NCBI GenBank assembly: GCA_036149055.1
Contig: JAYZQJ010000082.1
Coordinates: forward strand, 1 to 64,000
DNA: 64,000 nt
DNA from: Myxococcota bacterium
GTDB lineage: Bacteria; Myxococcota_A; Polyangia; Polyangiales; Sandaracinaceae
Direction: 5' to 3'
The notes under the pieces are model-generated. The model had not been told where the DNA came from. It worked only from the letters and a program-made list of their open reading frames with translations, and did not search any database. A program made the position numbers and the translations under genes. Every line of letters begins with the position of its first letter. Position 1 is the stretch's first letter. Shown piece after piece: positions 1 through 8,550 of this stretch.

Positions 1-170
1 CCGACTCCGTCGGCGCCTCGCGCTTCGCGCTCGCGCCGCGACCCCAGCGACGGGGCGCTGGGGGCCCTGCGGCTCGCGCTCGCGCTGCGCGCTCGCTGGC
101 CGCCCGCTGCAGCGGGATCGAACCCGGGGGGATGGCGCGTGCGGCGACTTCGCTGCGCTCGTCGCCTGCC
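1..170. repeat. Cluster of short GC-rich hairpins (REP-like), at the window edge
   Basis: Successive inverted repeats: ggcgc..cgcttcgcg..gcgcc, ccccagcg/cgctgggg, the palindrome cccgctgcagcggg, and ggcgac..gtcgcc; no credible ORF. Confidence 0.4.
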
Positions 171-311
171 GTCGTCTCGGGTCAGTGTGGCGGAAGCGGG
201 CGGGGGTGCCTCGGCGCCATCATCTGCCACCTCTTGACTCGTCGCGCACGGGCGGCCCGAGTCCGAGGCCGAGCCGGGCGCCGCCGCCCCGCCGCCCCGC
301 CGGCCGAGGAG

Positions 312-373
312 GTGGCGAGCCTCCATCGCCCCGCCCGCCGGACCTCTGCGCCTCTGCGCCTCTGCGCGAAAAA
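312..373. repeat. Dispersed copy of the CTCTGCGC x3 repeat end
   Basis: gtggcg..ctccatcg..ctctgcgcctctgcgcctctgcgcgaaaaa closely matches 28469-28530. Confidence 0.8.
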
Positions 374-437
374 CTAGTAGTCACCGAGATATGCGCGACG
401 GGGAGGAGGGGCGGGCCGGGGCGTAGACTCGCGGCGT

Positions 438-1955
438 ATGCCCACCTCGCGCCTCCTCCCGCTCCTCGCCCTCGCGCTGCTCGGCTGCGACCCGGCGCCG
501 GTCCCGGACGACGCCAGCGCGGCCTGCGCGCCGGCTTGCCGCTCCGGCTTCGTGTGTGTGTCGGGCGAGTGCGTCTCGGCGTGCAACCCCGCGTGCGACC
601 CGGGAGAGATCTGCACCCGCGACGGGGAGTGCGTGCCGGCCCCGAGCGACGCCGGCGGAGGCGAGGACGCCGGCCCGGCGCCGGACGCCGGCGGGCGCGA
701 CGCGGGGAGCGCGGAGGACGCGGGCGGTCGAGATGCAGGCGGCGGAGACGCCGGCGGCGGAGACGCGGGCGCGCCCGCCACCTGCCCGGACGGAGAGGTG
801 CGCTGCGGAGGCGCGTGCGTCCCGCCCGTGTTGCCCGACGTCGGCGCGCGCACGCCGACGACCGGGCGGTGGGGCGAGGACTGGCTCGACGCGGGCGACG
901 TCGCGGTCGATCCCTGCACCGGCAACGTCGGGCTCGCCTGGCCGCAGCAGGTGGCGCGGGGGGACAACTGGGAGATCTACGTGTCGGTGGTGCCCGCCGC
1001 CTTCGGGGCGCCGGCGACCGCGCCGGTCCGGATCACCACCGCGCCCGGGCGGGCCAGCGACGTCGCGGTGGCGTGGGCCGGCGATCGCTTCGGCGTGTTC
1101 TGGGCCGATCCCCGCCACGACCCGGCGCCCGAGACCTGCTCGCGCTGCCTCACGGAGCTCTACTACGCCGCCTTCGACCCGGTCACCGGCGCGGTCGTGG
1201 TGCCCGAGGTGCGGCTCACCACCCACGCCAGCGACTACACGGCGGGGAGCACCCGCGCGGTCTGGGGGCCCGGCGCCGGCGAGATCGGGGTCGTGTGGAC
1301 CGACAGCCGCGGGAGCCGGGAGGTGCACGCGGCCATCGTCGACCCCGCCGGCGGCGTGCGCGCGTCGCAGGTGGTCAGCGACGCGCCGGACCCGCAGCGC
1401 GGCAACAGCCCGCGGGTCGTGTGGAACGACGACGCCTGGCAGATCCTCTACCGGCACGACGACCCGAGCGGCTCGCGCCCCGACTACCTGCACGTCCGCG
1501 CGCTCGACGTCTCGGGCACCCTCGGCGCCGATCTCGATCTCCGCGTCCCCGCCGAGCAGATCGCGCTCACCGCGCGCGGCGCCTTCGGCTACGCGACGAT
1601 CACGACCGGCGGCTCGCCGCTCTCGCTCCGGCTCTGGGATCTCGGCTGGATGGCCACCACGACGCTCCCGGTCTCCGCCTCGACCTTCGACGGCAGCCGC
1701 GGGCTCGTGTGGGACGGGAGCGCGCTGTACGCGACCGACACCGGGACCACGCTCGAGGTGATCCGGTTCAACGACCTCGGCACCGAGACCGGCCGCATCC
1801 CGCTCACCTCCGACAGCCGGACCCGGGCCGCCAACGATCTCCGCATGCACCGGATCGGCAGCCGGCTCGTGGTGTCGTGGTGGTGGTCCACCGGCGGCCT
1901 CAGCCCGGTCGCCCATCAGCAGGTGCACGTGGTCGAGAGCAGCGCGGCCATGTGA
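438..1955 (+). CDS. Myxobacterial lipoprotein: Cys-rich N-domain, DAG-repeat linker, probable beta-propeller C-domain
   Basis: Lipobox LLGC; CAPACRSGFVCVSGECVSACNPAC; DAGG repeats; repeated 'VAWAGDRFGVFWAD', 'IGVVWTDSR' and 'PRVVWND' blades. Confidence 0.75.
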   Translation: MPTSRLLPLLALALLGCDPAPVPDDASAACAPACRSGFVCVSGECVSACNPACDPGEICTRDGECVPAPSDAGGGEDAGPAPDAGGRDAGSAEDAGGRDAGGGDAGGGDAGAPATCPDGEVRCGGACVPPVLPDVGARTPTTGRWGEDWLDAGDVAVDPCTGNVGLAWPQQVARGDNWEIYVSVVPAAFGAPATAPVRITTAPGRASDVAVAWAGDRFGVFWADPRHDPAPETCSRCLTELYYAAFDPVTGAVVVPEVRLTTHASDYTAGSTRAVWGPGAGEIGVVWTDSRGSREVHAAIVDPAGGVRASQVVSDAPDPQRGNSPRVVWNDDAWQILYRHDDPSGSRPDYLHVRALDVSGTLGADLDLRVPAEQIALTARGAFGYATITTGGSPLSLRLWDLGWMATTTLPVSASTFDGSRGLVWDGSALYATDTGTTLEVIRFNDLGTETGRIPLTSDSRTRAANDLRMHRIGSRLVVSWWWSTGGLSPVAHQQVHVVESSAAM

Positions 1956-2007
1956 GATTTCTCCGCCAGACCGTCAGTCCGGGCGCCGAGCTCGCGTCCG
2001 TGCCGGC

Positions 2008-2475
2008 GTGAGCGGGAAAGTCCTCCAGATTCCTCTGTTCGTGGAGCGCCGGGCCGACGCCGGGCGCGGGGCGGACGCGCCGACCGAGAGCCGCTACGAC
2101 GCGGTGTCGGATCCGGAGGCGGCCGAGCTCGGGCACGCGCTGCTCGCCCAGCTCCGTGACGAGCCGCTGACCGTCACCCAGCAGGCGCTGCTCGACCGGG
2201 CCAAGAGCGACTCCGCGGCGGACCGGCGGGCGCCGACCCCGGTCATCGAGGACAGCGAGGTGCTGCTCACCCTCGGGCGCGAGGACGGCGCCGAGGTGCG
2301 GGTGAGCTGGCGGCGCTACAAGGGCAGCGCGCCCTTCCTGGACATCCGGCGCTGGGAGAAGGTGGGCAAGGGCGAGTTGCGCCCGACGCGTCAGGGCGTG
2401 ACCATCCGCGCCAAGGAGCTCGGCGGCTTCGCCCGGACCGTCTCCAAGGCCGTGCGCCGCTTCGCCGGCGGCTGA
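2008..2475 (+). CDS. PC4/p15 (YdbC-like) family ssDNA-binding protein with N-terminal extension
   Basis: C-terminal EVRVSWRRYKGSAPFLDIRRWE..LRPTRQGVTI matches the PC4-fold signature (V..F.G...DIR.W......P..KG..L). Confidence 0.75.
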   Translation: MSGKVLQIPLFVERRADAGRGADAPTESRYDAVSDPEAAELGHALLAQLRDEPLTVTQQALLDRAKSDSAADRRAPTPVIEDSEVLLTLGREDGAEVRVSWRRYKGSAPFLDIRRWEKVGKGELRPTRQGVTIRAKELGGFARTVSKAVRRFAGG

Positions 2476-2486
2476 TCCCCCGCGTC

Positions 2487-5400
2487 ATGAGTCACCGCTA
2501 CCCGCGCCCCGCCATCCTCGACGAGATCGACCTCGACCGGCACGCGGTCATCGAGGCCTCGGCGGGGACCGGCAAGACCTACACCCTCGAGCACCTGGTG
2601 GTGGAGCTGGTCCTCGCGCGGGAGGTGCCGCTCGAGCAGATCCTGGTCGTCACCTTCACCGAGAAGGCGACCCGCGAGATGCGAGAGCGGGTCCGGGCCA
2701 AGCTCCGTGACCTGCTCGAGCCGCGCGCCGAGCCGCCGGACGAGACGGAGCCCGCCTGGGTCGTCGACGAGGCCGCGCGGCGGCGCCTCGGGGACGCGCT
2801 GGCGGTCTTCGATCGCGCGCCGATCTCGACGATCCACGCCTTCTGCCAGCGCGTGCTGACCGAGAGCGCGTTCGACTGCGCACGGCTGCTGCGGCAGGAG
2901 CAGGTCGAGTCCCGCGAGGTCTTCGGCGAGGCCTTTCGCCAGGAGCTGCGGGTCGCGCTCGCGCCCGGGGCCGCGCTCGCCCCGGTGCTGCAGCGGGCGC
3001 TCGCCCAGTGGGACGTGCAGCGCCTCGAGGACAGCCTCTACCGCTGGTACGCCGAGCGCGGCACCCCGGAGCCGCGCTTCGACCGGGCGCGCGCCGAGGA
3101 CGCCCTGAAGCGCCTGCCCACCCGCCTGGAGCTCGGTCCGGGCGGCTTCGCGCGTCGCGCCCTCGAGACGGGCCTGAGCCGCAACCCGAAGAAGGAGATC
3201 CCGGGCATGCTCGCCGAGCTCGCGCCCGCGGTCGAGGCGCTGCGGGCGGGCGGCGACTTCTTCGGCGCGCTCCTGGCGTTCTGGGACTGGGCGCAGCGGC
3301 GCGCGCCGGGCAAGCGGAGCTACCTCCAGTACTGCCGCCACTACCTCGGCCGGGCCAAGGCGCCGCTGACCGCGCTCGGCGACCTCATCGAGACCCTCGG
3401 CCGCTGCGCGGGCAGCCCCCTGACGGTCCTGCTCGGCGAGATGCTCCCGCACATCGCCTTGCGTCTGTCCGGCCGCAAGAGCGAGCGCGGGCACTTCGAC
3501 TTCGACGACATGCTCCGCATGCTCCGGGACGCGCTCTTCGCCCCCGGAGGCGAGGCCCTCGCGCAGGATCTCCGGCGGCGCTACCGGGTCGCGCTCGTCG
3601 ACGAGTTCCAGGACACCGATCGGGTGCAGTGGGACATCTTCCGCCGGGTGTTCTTCGAGGCGCCGCCCGAGGCGGACCGCCGGCTCATCCTCATCGGCGA
3701 CCCGAAGCAGGCCATCTACGGCTTCCGCAACGCGGACGTGCACACGTACCACGCGGCGCGGGACGCGGTGACCTCGGGCGGCGGGCAGGCGGTGCCGCTC
3801 ACCGTCAGCTTCCGCTCCACCGCGCCCCTCGTCGCGCAGGTCAATGCCATCCTCGAGGCGGGCTTCTTCACCGGGGTCAACGCCTACCCCCACCCCGTGA
3901 GCTGCGGGCGTCCCGAGCGCCGCGCGCTCGACGCGGAGGGGCGCGACGCGCCGCCGGTGACGCTCCTCCACCTCGTCGGCCGGCCGGAGCTGCGCCGCGC
4001 CTGGGTCGAGCGGGCGCTCGGGCGCTTCGTCGCGGCCGAGATCCAGCGGCTCCTCGAGGGCGGCCTGCGCCTCGACGACGGGGAGGGCGCCGAGGTGCGG
4101 CCGCTCGCGCCCTCGGACGTGCACGTGCTCTGTCGCAGCAAGCGAGACGCGGAGGCGGTGGGCGCGGCCCTCGCCGAGGCCGGGGTGCCGCACGCGCACT
4201 TCAAGCAGGAGGGCTTGTTCCAGACGGAGGCGGCGCGGCACGTCTGGGAGCTGCTCCGCGCGATCGAGAGCCCCGACGATCCGGTGCGGCGGCTGCATGC
4301 CTGGCTCACGCCGTTCTTCGCGGTGCCGCTCGACCGGCTGGCCGACTGCCGCGACCTGCCCCCGCAGCACCCCCTGGTGGCCCTGCTCGCGCGCTGGCGA
4401 GAGCTCGCCGAGGGGCAGCGCTGGGCGGCGCTCTTCCGGGCGGTCCTCGAGGAGTCCGGGCTCGCTCGCCGCGAGCTCTTCGCCGCCCAGAGCGAGCGCC
4501 GGCTCACCGACTACCAGCACATCCTCGAGGTGCTGCTCGAGGAGACCCACCGCGGCCGCCGCTCGCTTCCGGAGCTGCTCGCGCGCCTCGGCGCCTTCAT
4601 CGAGGAGCGCGAGCTGCCGCCGGGGGAGAGCGGCAACGTGCACCGCCTGGAGAGCGAGCGGAACGCGGTGCAGCTCCTCACCATGCACAAGTCGAAGGGC
4701 CTCGAGGCGGAGGTGGTCTTCCTCGTCGGCGGCCTGAGCGAGGTGCGCTCGGACGGGCTCTCGCCCAAGGTGTTCCACGACGACGAGGGGCGGCGCGTCG
4801 CCTGGATCGGAGACCCCACCGACGCGGTGCGCGAGCGCATCGAGCGCGAGCGCCGCGAGGAGGCCGAGCGCCTGCTCTACGTCGCCCTGACCCGCGCGCG
4901 TCGGCGCCTCTACCTGCCGTACTTCGGCCCGCCTCCGCCGGGCGTCGAGGTCTCGGGCGAGGCGAGCTTCGAGCTCGCCGCGGAGCCGCCGCAGGTGGAG
5001 GACGTCGCCCGCGCCCAGCTCGACTTCTTCTTCGAGGACCCGCAGGCCGACGGCCAGAACGGCGCGACCCGCGAGCGGTCCGCCGAGCACCCCGCCGGAC
5101 ACCCCGCCGAACACGAGGGCGAATACGAGCTGCGCCGCCTCGACGGCCCGTATCGCGTCCTGAACGATCGCCTGCAGGCGCTGGTCGGCGCCGGACACGC
5201 CTTCGACCGGGCCGAGATCGACGTGGCTCCCACCCGCGACGCCGGGGCCGATCCTCGGCTCGCGCTCGACGCGTGGGCGCCGCCGCCCGAGCTGCTCACC
5301 GTCGACCCGGACGAGGAGGCCGCCTTCGAGCGGCTCCGCCGGAGCCGCGCGGGCTTCGACGTGACCTCCTACACCCGCATGAAGCGGCTCGCGGGCGGCT

Positions 5401-6233
5401 TCCGCCCGGCCGAGGAGCGCGCCGAGGGCGCGGCCACCGAGGCGCTCGTCGCAGACGCGGTGGACGCGGCGCTCCCCGAGGCCGACGCGCTCCCCGGCGG
5501 CGCCGCGGTCGGCGTCTTCCTGCACGAGGTGCTCGAGCACCTCGACTTCGCCGAGGCCGCCGGGCTCGAGACATCGGAGGCGCTGCTCTCGCACGCCTCG
5601 GCGCTCTTCGAGGCGCGCGCCGACGCCAACGGCGTGGAGCGGAGGTGGCTCGGGCAGGCCGCCGCGCTCGTGCACGCCACGCTGCACGCCGAGCTGCGCC
5701 TCGCGGACGGCGCCGTCCTGTCCGGCCTGTGCCGCGCGGGCCGCCTCGCGAAGGAGCTGCCGTTCCTGCACCCCATCCCCGAGCCCGATCACCCGCGGCT
5801 CGGGCAGGGCGCGCCCGTCGTCGAGGGGCCCGGCCTGCGCATCGACCGCGGCTTCGTGCGGGGCGTCATCGACCTCATCGTCGAGCACGAGGGCCGCCAC
5901 CACGTCATCGACTACAAGAGCGACCGGCTCCCGAGCTACGGGCCGGGCCCGCTGACAGACCACGTCCAGAAGAACTACGCGGTGCAGGCGCGGCTCTACA
6001 CCCTCGGCGCGCTCAAGGCCCTCGGCATCCACGACGAGGCCGCCTACGAGGCGAAGTTCGGCGGGCTGCTCTACCTCTTCCTCCGCGGCCTGGGCGGCGA
6101 GGACTCGGCGTCGTGGACCCTGCGCCCGAGCTGGGACGACGTGCGCGGCTGGGAGGAGGCGCTGCTCGAGGAGGCCCCCTGGGGCTACCCGCTGCCGCCA
6201 CTTCGCGCCCCGTCGCGCGTGCATTCGAGGTAG
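2487..6233 (+). CDS. recB: Exodeoxyribonuclease V beta subunit (RecB/AddA-type helicase-nuclease)
   Basis: EASAGTGKT Walker A, VVTFTEKAT, LVDEFQDTD, IGDPKQAIYGFR, TMHKSKGLE, LLYVALTRA; C-terminal nuclease RGVIDL..IDYKSD..Q..LY. Confidence 0.88.
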   Translation: MSHRYPRPAILDEIDLDRHAVIEASAGTGKTYTLEHLVVELVLAREVPLEQILVVTFTEKATREMRERVRAKLRDLLEPRAEPPDETEPAWVVDEAARRRLGDALAVFDRAPISTIHAFCQRVLTESAFDCARLLRQEQVESREVFGEAFRQELRVALAPGAALAPVLQRALAQWDVQRLEDSLYRWYAERGTPEPRFDRARAEDALKRLPTRLELGPGGFARRALETGLSRNPKKEIPGMLAELAPAVEALRAGGDFFGALLAFWDWAQRRAPGKRSYLQYCRHYLGRAKAPLTALGDLIETLGRCAGSPLTVLLGEMLPHIALRLSGRKSERGHFDFDDMLRMLRDALFAPGGEALAQDLRRRYRVALVDEFQDTDRVQWDIFRRVFFEAPPEADRRLILIGDPKQAIYGFRNADVHTYHAARDAVTSGGGQAVPLTVSFRSTAPLVAQVNAILEAGFFTGVNAYPHPVSCGRPERRALDAEGRDAPPVTLLHLVGRPELRRAWVERALGRFVAAEIQRLLEGGLRLDDGEGAEVRPLAPSDVHVLCRSKRDAEAVGAALAEAGVPHAHFKQEGLFQTEAARHVWELLRAIESPDDPVRRLHAWLTPFFAVPLDRLADCRDLPPQHPLVALLARWRELAEGQRWAALFRAVLEESGLARRELFAAQSERRLTDYQHILEVLLEETHRGRRSLPELLARLGAFIEERELPPGESGNVHRLESERNAVQLLTMHKSKGLEAEVVFLVGGLSEVRSDGLSPKVFHDDEGRRVAWIGDPTDAVRERIERERREEAERLLYVALTRARRRLYLPYFGPPPPGVEVSGEASFELAAEPPQVEDVARAQLDFFFEDPQADGQNGATRERSAEHPAGHPAEHEGEYELRRLDGPYRVLNDRLQALVGAGHAFDRAEIDVAPTRDAGADPRLALDAWAPPPELLTVDPDEEAAFERLRRSRAGFDVTSYTRMKRLAGGFRPAEERAEGAATEALVADAVDAALPEADALPGGAAVGVFLHEVLEHLDFAEAAGLETSEALLSHASALFEARADANGVERRWLGQAAALVHATLHAELRLADGAVLSGLCRAGRLAKELPFLHPIPEPDHPRLGQGAPVVEGPGLRIDRGFVRGVIDLIVEHEGRHHVIDYKSDRLPSYGPGPLTDHVQKNYAVQARLYTLGALKALGIHDEAAYEAKFGGLLYLFLRGLGGEDSASWTLRPSWDDVRGWEEALLEEAPWGYPLPPLRAPSRVHSR

Positions 6234-6261
6234 GCTCCCCGTCCGGGAAGGGACGGGGTCG

Positions 6262-8550
6262 ATGGAGCTCATCGAAGAGACGGCCATGAAGGTCGGCTGG
6301 CGCGTCTGGCAGGCGCGTCCACCGCAGCCGTCCCTCACCGTCGTCGTCAAGGCGACGTTCGAGATCCCCGAGGAGGGCGTCTGTCGCCTCGCGGACGAGC
6401 AGGCGCTGCCCACCGGCGACCTGCACCACGACGACGATCCCGAGCGGAGCCTCCGCTACGCGTCGGATCTGGAGCTGCTGAAGCCCCGCGCGGAGTGCCT
6501 GGTGGTGGGGAGCTTCCACGCGCCGGGCGGCCGCCCGGTCCCCCACTCCAAGGCCGCGTTCCAGATCGGCGCGGTGGGCAAGCAGCTCGCGGTGTTCGGG
6601 GATCGCGCCTGGGGGGCGTCCGGGCCGGGCGCGCCGACGCCGATGACCACGATGCCGCTCGCCTGGGAGCGCGCGGTCGGGGGCCCCGGCGTCTACGAGA
6701 ACCCGGTCGGCGCCGGCCTCCGCGCGGTCCAGACCGAGTCGGGCGCGGTGACGCCGATGCCGAACCTCGAGGACCCGGCGCAGCTCTGGATGTCGCCGGG
6801 CGCGCGGCCGAAGCCGATCGGCCTGGGGCCGGTCCCGCGCACGTGGCGCAGCCGGATCCGCTTCGCTGGCACCTACGACGAGGTCTGGCAGCAGACCCGC
6901 TACCCGTGGTTCCCCGAGGACATGGACTGGCGCTTCTTCAACGCCGCCCCCGAGGACCAGCAGATCGACGGGTGGTGGCGAGGCGACGAGGAGATCGCGC
7001 TCCGGCACCTCCACCCGGCCCACCCGACGGTCCGCTGCCGGCTCCCCGGGCTGCGGCCGCGGGCCTTCCTCGCGCGCGCCGGCGAGTCCACCCTCGACCC
7101 GGTGGGCCTGCGCCTCGACACCCTGGTCGTCGACGCCGACGCGGGGCTGCTCTACGCGCTCTGGCGGGGCGTGACCGAGGTGAAGAAGGAAGACCTCTCG
7201 GACGTGACGCACCTCTACGTCGCCGAGCAGGCGCCGGGGGCGCGGACCAGCGACGACGCCTTCCAGGCCTCGTACCAGGCCAAGCTGGACGCGCTCGCCG
7301 CCGAGGCGATCGCGGAGGAGGCCGAGCCGGCCCCGACGTCGAGCCTGGAGAAGCAGCAGGCGATGCTCGCGGCGATGGTCGACCCGAGCGCGCCGGGCGC
7401 GAAGTGGGCGCACCTCGATCAGGCGATGACCGTGCGCGGCGACGACACCGCGCTCCAGGAGGCCCTGCGGGAGGCGATGGAGCAGAAGCGCGCCGCCGAG
7501 GGCGGCATCCGCTCGGTCTTCGACGACGCCCTGAAGCTCGGGCCCCGGAGCGAGGAGCGGGAGCTGTCGCCGGAGGAGCAGCTCGAGCTCGAGATGCAGC
7601 TCGCCCTCGGCGACATGCTCGACCCGACGGAGGACCCCGGGCGCGAGCGCGTGCAGGCGGCGGCGCGGGCCGGGGAGAGCCTCGAGGGGGCGGACCTCAG
7701 CGGCGCCGATCTCGGCGGCCTCGACCTGGTGGAGCTCGATCTCCGGGGCGCGATCCTCGCGCGGGCCAACCTGAGCGGCGCCCGGATCGAGCGCTGCAAG
7801 CTCGACGGCGCCAACCTCGCCGAGGCCGAGCTGTCGATGGCGAGCTTCGACGGCTGCTCGCTGACCGAGGCCGACCTCACCAGCGTCCGCGCCCAGCGGG
7901 CTCGCTTCCATCACTGCGATCTCTCGGACGCCGTCGTGCGCGAGTCGTTCGTGCGCGAGGCCCGCTTCGGCTCGTGCACCCTGCGGCGCACCGAGCTCGC
8001 GCAGAGCGACCTGGCCGACACCCACTGGATGAGCTGCACGCTCGACGAGGCCGACCTCAGCGGCGCGACGCTCGAGCAGGCGGTCTTCCGCGACAGCACC
8101 CTGGTCGACGCCTGGCTCGAGGGCGGCGTGAAGGCGCGCCGGCTCCGCCTCGACGGCTGCGACGCGACCCTGCTCCGGGCGTCGGAGGGCGGCGACTTCC
8201 AGGAGGCGAGCTTCAAGCGGGCGAGGCTCGACGGCGCGCGCTTCGGTCAGGCGAACCTGCGGCGCGCGAGCTTCAACCTCGCGACGCTCTCGCGCGCCGA
8301 CTTCAGCGAGGCGTCGCTGCTCGAGGCGGCGCTGGTCGGCTGCGATCTCCGCCACGCCCGCTTCGACGGCGCGTCGATGGTGCGCGCGGCGCTGATGAAG
8401 TCGAACCTCATGCAGGCGCGGTTCGAGGGCGCGAACCTCACCAGCGCCGACCTGCGGGGCGCGAGCCTCTACCAGGCGGAGCTCTTCCACGCGCGGCTCG
8501 ACGACGCGCGGCTCGACCTCGCGGACACCGAAGGGACCCGGCTGCGATGA
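6262..8550 (+). CDS. DUF2169 T6SS accessory/chaperone domain fused to pentapeptide repeats (TagAB-like)
   Basis: TVVVKATF, SDLELLKPRAECLVVG, AWERAVGG..ENPVG, GTYDEVW..P.FPEDMDWRFFNAAPEDQQ, LDTLVVD; C-terminal A(D/N)LxG repeats. Confidence 0.88.
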   Translation: MELIEETAMKVGWRVWQARPPQPSLTVVVKATFEIPEEGVCRLADEQALPTGDLHHDDDPERSLRYASDLELLKPRAECLVVGSFHAPGGRPVPHSKAAFQIGAVGKQLAVFGDRAWGASGPGAPTPMTTMPLAWERAVGGPGVYENPVGAGLRAVQTESGAVTPMPNLEDPAQLWMSPGARPKPIGLGPVPRTWRSRIRFAGTYDEVWQQTRYPWFPEDMDWRFFNAAPEDQQIDGWWRGDEEIALRHLHPAHPTVRCRLPGLRPRAFLARAGESTLDPVGLRLDTLVVDADAGLLYALWRGVTEVKKEDLSDVTHLYVAEQAPGARTSDDAFQASYQAKLDALAAEAIAEEAEPAPTSSLEKQQAMLAAMVDPSAPGAKWAHLDQAMTVRGDDTALQEALREAMEQKRAAEGGIRSVFDDALKLGPRSEERELSPEEQLELEMQLALGDMLDPTEDPGRERVQAAARAGESLEGADLSGADLGGLDLVELDLRGAILARANLSGARIERCKLDGANLAEAELSMASFDGCSLTEADLTSVRAQRARFHHCDLSDAVVRESFVREARFGSCTLRRTELAQSDLADTHWMSCTLDEADLSGATLEQAVFRDSTLVDAWLEGGVKARRLRLDGCDATLLRASEGGDFQEASFKRARLDGARFGQANLRRASFNLATLSRADFSEASLLEAALVGCDLRHARFDGASMVRAALMKSNLMQARFEGANLTSADLRGASLYQAELFHARLDDARLDLADTEGTRLR

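Noticed and set aside
100..180. tRNA on the minus strand
   Set aside because: Only a T-arm-like GGGTTCGATCCC is present; I could not build acceptor, D or anticodon arms.
6495..8546. 1327-aa fusion or frameshift joining DUF2169 and the pentapeptide gene
   Set aside because: The upstream part is off-frame low-complexity sequence, and an ATGA stop/start overlap at 8547-8550 explains two separate genes. The same applies to ORF-track extensions of the genes at 11720, 24662, 35756, 38976, 39599, 50368 and 52149.
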